Assembly (NCBI GenBank): GCA_016839515.1
Contig: JAEOUE010000295.1
Coordinates: 1-15,988 of the forward strand
Source of the DNA: Candidatus Hodarchaeum mangrovi
GTDB taxonomy: Archaea > Asgardarchaeota > Heimdallarchaeia > Hodarchaeales > Hodarchaeaceae
Direction of reading: 5' to 3'
Length of the DNA stretch: 15,988 bases
Position 1 is the stretch's first letter. Each line of letters starts with the position of its first letter. The notes beneath the pieces are model-generated. The model was not told the origin of the DNA and made no database searches. It saw nothing but the letters and a program-made list of their open reading frames with translations. A program made the position numbers and the translations under genes. Shown here in pieces: positions 1-6,224 of the stretch.

Positions 1-2
1 CT

Positions 3-1664
3 GTAGTTACAGATAATTTTCCTGAAATATACAACGGAACAGGCGTTAAATCAGTAACAGTTAGATTGACTGTACAAGATGCTCAAGGCCCTTCTAGAAA
101 TGCTCATTTATTGACCCTTATTGAAAGCACTGATTTGTATGATGTATATTATGGAATTATAACAACTGCTACTGATCCTATTGCTTTTCCAAGAGACTAT
201 TTCTCATTTAACCAAACAATTAAATATACAATCAATGTTACAGATAATTTAGGTAACTGGCAAATTAAAGACGGGTTATCACTCCTTAATAAAGATTCAG
301 AAGGGCCTTTTATTAATCGAACAGAAATACTTTATTCCCCAGAGATGGATGGTTTATTAAGTATAGTCATTAATGCTACTGATCAATGGTCAGGAGTGAA
401 AAATGCCTCTATCCGAGTTTATTACCCATTAAATAATCAATGGTCTTCTACTTATTTAATGACAAAATCTGATCTTTTTGTAGGTTATGGATCGCAATAT
501 TACTTCATTAATGAAAGTTTCAATGTGGGTGAAATAATCACATATGAAATTATATTATTTGATAATGGGGGAAATTCTTATCGTGAAATTGCTGATATTG
601 GTGTTGAGGATAAATCAGGACCTCAATTATTATCTGGATCTAAGATTAAATACAGTGAAAATGGACTTGGAGAGTTTTCCCTTATAATTAACACTGGGGA
701 CAATGGTTCAGAAATTACTAGAGCTATTCTTCATTATTCCTATACGATTGGTACTTCTATATTAAGTAGGTCTATCAATCTCACAGAATTGGTTTCCGGA
801 GGTGGGTCAGGGGCCAATATCGAAAATTACAAGTTTCGGAAGACTTTTTCCCAGAAATTCAACATCCCACTTGATTTTACTAGATCAGGATATATAAAAT
901 TTAGTCTAGAACTCTTTGATACCGAGGGTAATTCTCGTTTATATTCGCATGTAGATCTAGAGGACAAAGAGATATTTGATGATAGTTTTACTCAGTTATT
1001 GGATTCTGTTGCGATTGATCTTCTTGGGAATCCAATTTTCTTATTTTTCCTATTCATTTTTGTTGTATCTCTTGCTTATGTTACAATTAAACGGTTACGA
1101 ACTATAAGTGGTTTTGACAAGGAAAAGGTATTAGCAGAGATGACTCGAATTAGTGATAATGAGGTTTGGGAAGAAAATGATAAAATCTCTATTGGATTAT
1201 ATGCTAATTTCTTTGACCAAATAAGAGGTCCAGTTCCAATTATTTGGCACCCCGAAAAAGTAGGGGTATCGGAAAGAGTCCGATTTGCATTAGCTGACCG
1301 ATCTTTCTCAACTTTAGGCTTTGTCTCAAAATATACTGAAACTAAGGATGCAACATTCAAATTTACTTATACAGGAGAAAATTGCACAGTATTTGGATTT
1401 GCTTTTGCTATTGTAAAAGCAGAAGCTCGTGGTGGCCAAGAGAATTTATCAATCTGTTTTATGATTCGTCCTCCCTATGGAAATCTTGAAAACCTTAATA
1501 AATTCCGAGGTGAACTGATAGAACACCTTGAAAAAATCTCTCTGTTGATAAAAAGAGATGAAGATATCAAAATAATTCAAAGAGAAATGCAGAAGACTCG
1601 TGAATTCTTTACTAGAGCTATGATCACCTTTCGAAAGAAATATGGGAGGGAATTTTTAGAGTGA
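3..1664 (+). CDS. 5'-truncated single-pass membrane protein: Ig-like repeat ectodomain, TM helix and cytoplasmic FLCN/SMCR8-like longin (uDENN) domain (receptor A)
   Basis: The frame is open from base 3 (VVTDNFPEIYNGTGVKSVTVRL), upstream of the ORF-track TTG at 66, so the gene starts before the window. Ig-repeat motifs: DSEGP, EDKSGP, TDQWSGV, TDNLGN, FDNGGN, FDTEGN. TM PIFLFFLFIFVVSLAYVTI (~1032-1088) is followed by KRLR. Cytoplasmic motifs: FFDQIRGPVPIIWHP (1209-1253) and EARGG (1422-1436). Confidence 0.8.
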   Translation, partial: VVTDNFPEIYNGTGVKSVTVRLTVQDAQGPSRNAHLLTLIESTDLYDVYYGIITTATDPIAFPRDYFSFNQTIKYTINVTDNLGNWQIKDGLSLLNKDSEGPFINRTEILYSPEMDGLLSIVINATDQWSGVKNASIRVYYPLNNQWSSTYLMTKSDLFVGYGSQYYFINESFNVGEIITYEIILFDNGGNSYREIADIGVEDKSGPQLLSGSKIKYSENGLGEFSLIINTGDNGSEITRAILHYSYTIGTSILSRSINLTELVSGGGSGANIENYKFRKTFSQKFNIPLDFTRSGYIKFSLELFDTEGNSRLYSHVDLEDKEIFDDSFTQLLDSVAIDLLGNPIFLFFLFIFVVSLAYVTIKRLRTISGFDKEKVLAEMTRISDNEVWEENDKISIGLYANFFDQIRGPVPIIWHPEKVGVSERVRFALADRSFSTLGFVSKYTETKDATFKFTYTGENCTVFGFAFAIVKAEARGGQENLSICFMIRPPYGNLENLNKFRGELIEHLEKISLLIKRDEDIKIIQREMQKTREFFTRAMITFRKKYGREFLE

Positions 1665-4600
1665 CGAATATTGGTAGAGGAATAATGACGTATAGATTTA
1701 ATGACATGAATATGGTGTTGCTTATACTTATTTTCATTTCTATTGTTCCAACTCTTAATTTACAATCAAGGACGACGCATACAATCGATTATTATCTCAA
1801 TTCTGAAAACGAATCTATCGTTGTTGATCGTTTGATGAGATCTAATTCCTCAGTTCCTGAATCTTTAGAATATGGACATTTGAAACCAATTGGATTTATC
1901 CCGACATCTCATCAATATTTTACTTCATCTAATCAGTCTACAATTTTTGAGTCCTCCAATTTTAGTGATGATGATCTTATTATTCCTCAAACCAAGATAA
2001 TGGCTCAATTTGATGTAGTTATTGACGAGATTTATCCTAAAGCTATTGAAATTAATTCATCTCAAACAGAGTATCGATTGAATTTCTCAATAGTAGATGG
2101 CCAAGGACTTGATTCAAGCATTATTATAAATTTAACCTTAAGGCGCTCAGATAATCCCCTAGAAAATTATTTAATTACTACTTGGTACAATTTCTGGTAC
2201 AAGGGAGAACCCAGTTTTGATTATTCCTTGTTTTTCACTCTTAACAATTCGATTATTTCATCTCTCTCTTTCGCTTTATATTATTTCGAAATTCACACTT
2301 TAGTTTTAACTGAAGAAAGTGTTTCATCAATTAATTTACCAGTAAAAGATCTCCAAGTTTCTATTTTAAGCTTGGTTCCAATAGAGTTTAATAACAAATT
2401 TGATTATAACCAGACATTTGAGATCCAAATTGAGGTTAAGGAGTTTAATGGGATTTCATATAATCCTGTAACTTTTCTACCAAGGCTTCTTGATTCTAAT
2501 TCAAGATTGATAAATCCCAATGTTACAATTTTATCTTCGACAGACCAAACAAGGGTGGAATTGTACTTTTTCTCCTTTATTACAAATTCTTCGGCTGAAG
2601 GGACATATACTTTTAATACTACACTTCTTCCTGATGATGCTCGCCAATTTGAAGAAGCAAATCATCAATTGTCAGTCGTTGTAACTTCAAATGATGGGAT
2701 TCAAGCATTTAATTTGGAACTAATACAAGCCAAAAGTACTGTACTATTAGTTCGATTAAAGAAAATTTATATTGAATCAGAATCTTTTGATTGGGATATA
2801 TTAACTAATAATGGAAAGGAACATAAAATTTTCAGGATAAATATTAATTCCTCATTTTTAGTGACCTATGAAATATACGAACAAGAATCAGGAATTATAG
2901 ATGACACTGCTGGAGATATAATTAGTTTTCAAGATCCGAATAAACCTAAAGATCCATTTGCTATTCTTCAGAATGTATCATCAGCAGATGGATCTGATTC
3001 AATAGATCTTACTTCCAACCGAATTTCTCTTCCTGAAGGGTATCCTTTGTTTTTATATGTAAGAGGTCACCGCACTTCACAAGAAGATGAATTATCCAAT
3101 ATTACGATCTATTGGGATTCAATTGATTATAATCTTAACTATTATGATGATAAAGGTGAATCAGGATCAAAGGGATTAGGGTTAGATATTGGAGCGACTT
3201 GGGCTTTAAATTTATCACTTATTTATGTTTCTGACTCATCTCCTGCATATAGTTCGTATATCCAATATAGATATCCTAGTGAAAGTCCTACTTGGGTTGA
3301 CTTGATTGATGGGATAGGGAATGACGAATTAGATGGTCAATTTTCACTAAATAGAACAGAAAATAATCCTATTGTTCTTTTATTGGAAATTCGAGTTGTT
3401 AATGGATCGTTAAGAAGTGTAAGAGAAACATATTTTGTTGATGCATCTTATAATACTGATTTATTTTCATTGGTTGTGACTTGGACTTATTTGAAGATAG
3501 ACCTCTCCTCTACAGAGGAAGATGGTCGATTAGGTATAGGTAAATCTGCTAACATAAACATTACAGTTAAATGGGCACATAATGAATCTTTACCCTTTAG
3601 TGGATATATAAGTGCAAGAGACTGGAAAAATTCTTTTTCCTTAAAACAAATAGTAAATGGATTTGGTATTTGGATTGGTGTTACTAATAATAATCCAGGG
3701 TTATATCAGTACCGAATCGATACAATAGTAGATGACCCATTATTTGGGGTTACCAAATTTTTTAATATATCCAACGGTGAGGATGTATCTATTAGTCTTA
3801 TTTGGGATTCTATCGAGTTTACATTTTCTAATACCTATAATAGTTCTTTAGATCCCTCCTTACAGATATGGGAAGCCTCTCTAGAGTATACTTGGAGTTT
3901 TTTTGCCAATATTAATACTAATGCTACTTTATATATTTATGGTTTTCATACTTATGATAATACTCCATTCCAAGGAGTTGCTGAATTAGCTTCAACTTCT
4001 CCTGATGGAGATATTATTGTTCTTTATTTTAATTCTAAGGGAATAGCAATTTGGACGGGTGATTATACAGAATTTAATATACCTATTGAGTTTTTCATAA
4101 ATTCAATAATTAATTCAGCCGAAAATGATTGGGAAATATACGAACCAGGAAATCCCCATTTTGTAGAAATCGTTTGGGATAGACTGGTGGTTACATTATC
4201 TGCAAATCGGGCGTATTCTCATGGTACATGGGCTGATATTTACATTAGCTATTCTTATGCTATAAGTCCTAAATCTGTAAATCCTTCAGACGTAACATAT
4301 GATTTTACCTTATATAATGGAACACTGACAAATGTTTCTCTAACTCATTTTCGTGACTTTAGTTTAAGCCCTATAGAGAGAACTTATTATCTAACAAATT
4401 TCTTTGAGGCAACTACAGGACTGTTAGGTGCAGATATTCAATATCGATGGACAGGATATGAACCAAGGCTAGGGAATCTAACTATTTATTGGATTGATGA
4501 TCGTCAATCACGAATTATTGACCGTTATATTCGAGATTTAGGAAATGGAACTATTCTCATTATAATTCATCTCACTGATAATTCAGAAGATTGGATTGGA

Positions 4601-6211
4601 ACTGGTATTCAATCCGTTTATTTACGTGATGAAAGAGAAAATGTCCTCGACCAATTTCCCACCCCAGCAGAAATAACTGAATTTTCTCCTGGAATATATC
4701 AATGTATTTTTCGGTATATTTTCAATCAATCTGATCAATCTAATGGGTTTAGATTTTCATTTAATGAAACTTTAAGATTTTCTTTAAATATAACAGAAAA
4801 TGAAATCCCTAGTTTTCCTGAAGACTTGGGTAAATCTCGTACTTATCTATCACGAGTTTTTACTGTTCAAGCCAAGTATGATTTCATTCTTCCCAAATTC
4901 ATTGACCAAGGTGGGATGATTATTAATATTACTTATCTTACAAATGGAACTGATGGGTATATTCTTGTAAAGACAATGGTTCAAGATGAATTTTGGTCTG
5001 GATTGGGAGATAATTCCGTCATGTTATTAATTACTACCTTAGATGATGATTTAGTTTTTGAAGGAGTTATGAATCCAGCACAATTAATTCAACCGAACTT
5101 AAGGAGGTCTATCCTTAAATTCCAAACACTTGTGTATTTGGATGTTCTCAAGACTTATATTTTTACGGTCGTCGCTACCGATATTTCAGGTAATAAGAAT
5201 AGCTATCAGATTGAATTAGTAGTTGAAGATCGTGTGGCTCCCCGTGTAATTGAATTTAATAGTGAAAAAACGGACGATCGGCAATTACGTGTGAACGTCA
5301 CACTTGAGGAAAATGGTCTTGGAATTGACTTTATTCGTATCAGGATTCGTGGATATAGTATTTGGTACGATTTACTACCCGTTGGAGGAAGCGGGGCTGA
5401 CGAAACAGCCCAACGTTTTATCTATTCAGGCTTAATTCCTCTTATTCTTGATCTCAATAATATTATCGGATTTAAAGTGGAATTCGATGTCTGGACCATG
5501 GATCGTTTAGGCAATCAAAAAGAATTTTTGCTAGAAAATTACCAATTTCTGCTTGAAACGATATTCCTTGAGCCTTTTGTGTTAGGTTCTCTTGTATTTC
5601 TATTAGTAATCGGCATTATAATTGGGATCAGAGTAACTTCTCGCCATGAAGGCTATGATATGCAACGAATCTTCAAGGAAGGTGAACAAATCTCAAGAGA
5701 GGATATTTTGATTCAGATGGATGAATTTGCTTTGGGAGTTACAATTAATTTCTTTGATCAAATTCAAGGTCCTGTTCCTGTTATCTGGGAGCCTCCACTT
5801 CTAGAGGATCAACAACAAGTCATGCTTGATCTTTCGGACAAATCATTCTCAACTCTTGAGTTTGTAGGCACTGATGAATATGAACGAAGTGGAACATTTG
5901 ATTTCTCAACGGGAAGTTATGAATGTACGGCTCTTGGTTATTCATTTGCAATTGAAAACCCAGAGGCTAGAGGAGGCAAAGAAAATCTCACGATCGTTTT
6001 ATTACTTCGTAGAGAATGGGGAGAAAACCTACTAGTATTTCAAGACGAGCTAGTTGAAAAACTAAGACAAATCCGTATTTTGGTTGAAAATAGGAAACCA
6101 GCGTCTGAAATCGAGAGGACATCGCGCGAATTACGTGAAATGGTTTCTCGGTTAATGATTGCATTTAATAATTTGTATTTAAAACAAGAAAAAAGTAATG
6201 AAAAAAGATAG
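1661..6211 (+). CDS. Large single-pass surface protein: signal peptide, beta-sandwich repeats, TM helix and cytoplasmic FLCN/SMCR8-like longin (uDENN) domain (receptor B)
   Basis: 1516-aa ORF. The GTG start overlaps the upstream stop (GTGA); an alternative ATG at 1685 has GAGG just upstream. N-terminal hydrophobic stretch MVLLILIFISIV and many N-x-S/T sequons. TM PFVLGSLVFLLVIGIIIGI (~5573-5629), then FFDQIQGPVPVIWEP (from 5750) and EARGG (5963-5977). The cytoplasmic domain aligns without gaps to receptor A from the juxtamembrane linker through the EARGG region. Confidence 0.82.
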   Translation: MTNIGRGIMTYRFNDMNMVLLILIFISIVPTLNLQSRTTHTIDYYLNSENESIVVDRLMRSNSSVPESLEYGHLKPIGFIPTSHQYFTSSNQSTIFESSNFSDDDLIIPQTKIMAQFDVVIDEIYPKAIEINSSQTEYRLNFSIVDGQGLDSSIIINLTLRRSDNPLENYLITTWYNFWYKGEPSFDYSLFFTLNNSIISSLSFALYYFEIHTLVLTEESVSSINLPVKDLQVSILSLVPIEFNNKFDYNQTFEIQIEVKEFNGISYNPVTFLPRLLDSNSRLINPNVTILSSTDQTRVELYFFSFITNSSAEGTYTFNTTLLPDDARQFEEANHQLSVVVTSNDGIQAFNLELIQAKSTVLLVRLKKIYIESESFDWDILTNNGKEHKIFRININSSFLVTYEIYEQESGIIDDTAGDIISFQDPNKPKDPFAILQNVSSADGSDSIDLTSNRISLPEGYPLFLYVRGHRTSQEDELSNITIYWDSIDYNLNYYDDKGESGSKGLGLDIGATWALNLSLIYVSDSSPAYSSYIQYRYPSESPTWVDLIDGIGNDELDGQFSLNRTENNPIVLLLEIRVVNGSLRSVRETYFVDASYNTDLFSLVVTWTYLKIDLSSTEEDGRLGIGKSANINITVKWAHNESLPFSGYISARDWKNSFSLKQIVNGFGIWIGVTNNNPGLYQYRIDTIVDDPLFGVTKFFNISNGEDVSISLIWDSIEFTFSNTYNSSLDPSLQIWEASLEYTWSFFANINTNATLYIYGFHTYDNTPFQGVAELASTSPDGDIIVLYFNSKGIAIWTGDYTEFNIPIEFFINSIINSAENDWEIYEPGNPHFVEIVWDRLVVTLSANRAYSHGTWADIYISYSYAISPKSVNPSDVTYDFTLYNGTLTNVSLTHFRDFSLSPIERTYYLTNFFEATTGLLGADIQYRWTGYEPRLGNLTIYWIDDRQSRIIDRYIRDLGNGTILIIIHLTDNSEDWIGTGIQSVYLRDERENVLDQFPTPAEITEFSPGIYQCIFRYIFNQSDQSNGFRFSFNETLRFSLNITENEIPSFPEDLGKSRTYLSRVFTVQAKYDFILPKFIDQGGMIINITYLTNGTDGYILVKTMVQDEFWSGLGDNSVMLLITTLDDDLVFEGVMNPAQLIQPNLRRSILKFQTLVYLDVLKTYIFTVVATDISGNKNSYQIELVVEDRVAPRVIEFNSEKTDDRQLRVNVTLEENGLGIDFIRIRIRGYSIWYDLLPVGGSGADETAQRFIYSGLIPLILDLNNIIGFKVEFDVWTMDRLGNQKEFLLENYQFLLETIFLEPFVLGSLVFLLVIGIIIGIRVTSRHEGYDMQRIFKEGEQISREDILIQMDEFALGVTINFFDQIQGPVPVIWEPPLLEDQQQVMLDLSDKSFSTLEFVGTDEYERSGTFDFSTGSYECTALGYSFAIENPEARGGKENLTIVLLLRREWGENLLVFQDELVEKLRQIRILVENRKPASEIERTSRELREMVSRLMIAFNNLYLKQEKSNEKR
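3101..4500 (+). repeat. Protein-level tandem beta-sandwich repeats in receptor B, delimited by [IV]-x-W-[DT]-like motifs
   Basis: ITIYWDSI (W at 3113), LVVTWTYL (3482), ISLIWDSI (3803), VEIVWDRL (4175), LTIYWIDD (4490). Spacings are 123, 107, 124 and 105 aa. Confidence 0.6.
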
Positions 6212-6224
6212 AGGTTGAAGAAAA

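Noticed and set aside
66-68. ORF-track TTG start for receptor A
   Set aside because: The frame is open to the window edge, the upstream residues align with receptor B, and there is no signal peptide at this start.
1076-1360. 94-aa minus-strand ORF
   Set aside because: Antisense shadow inside receptor A's conserved domain; no motifs.
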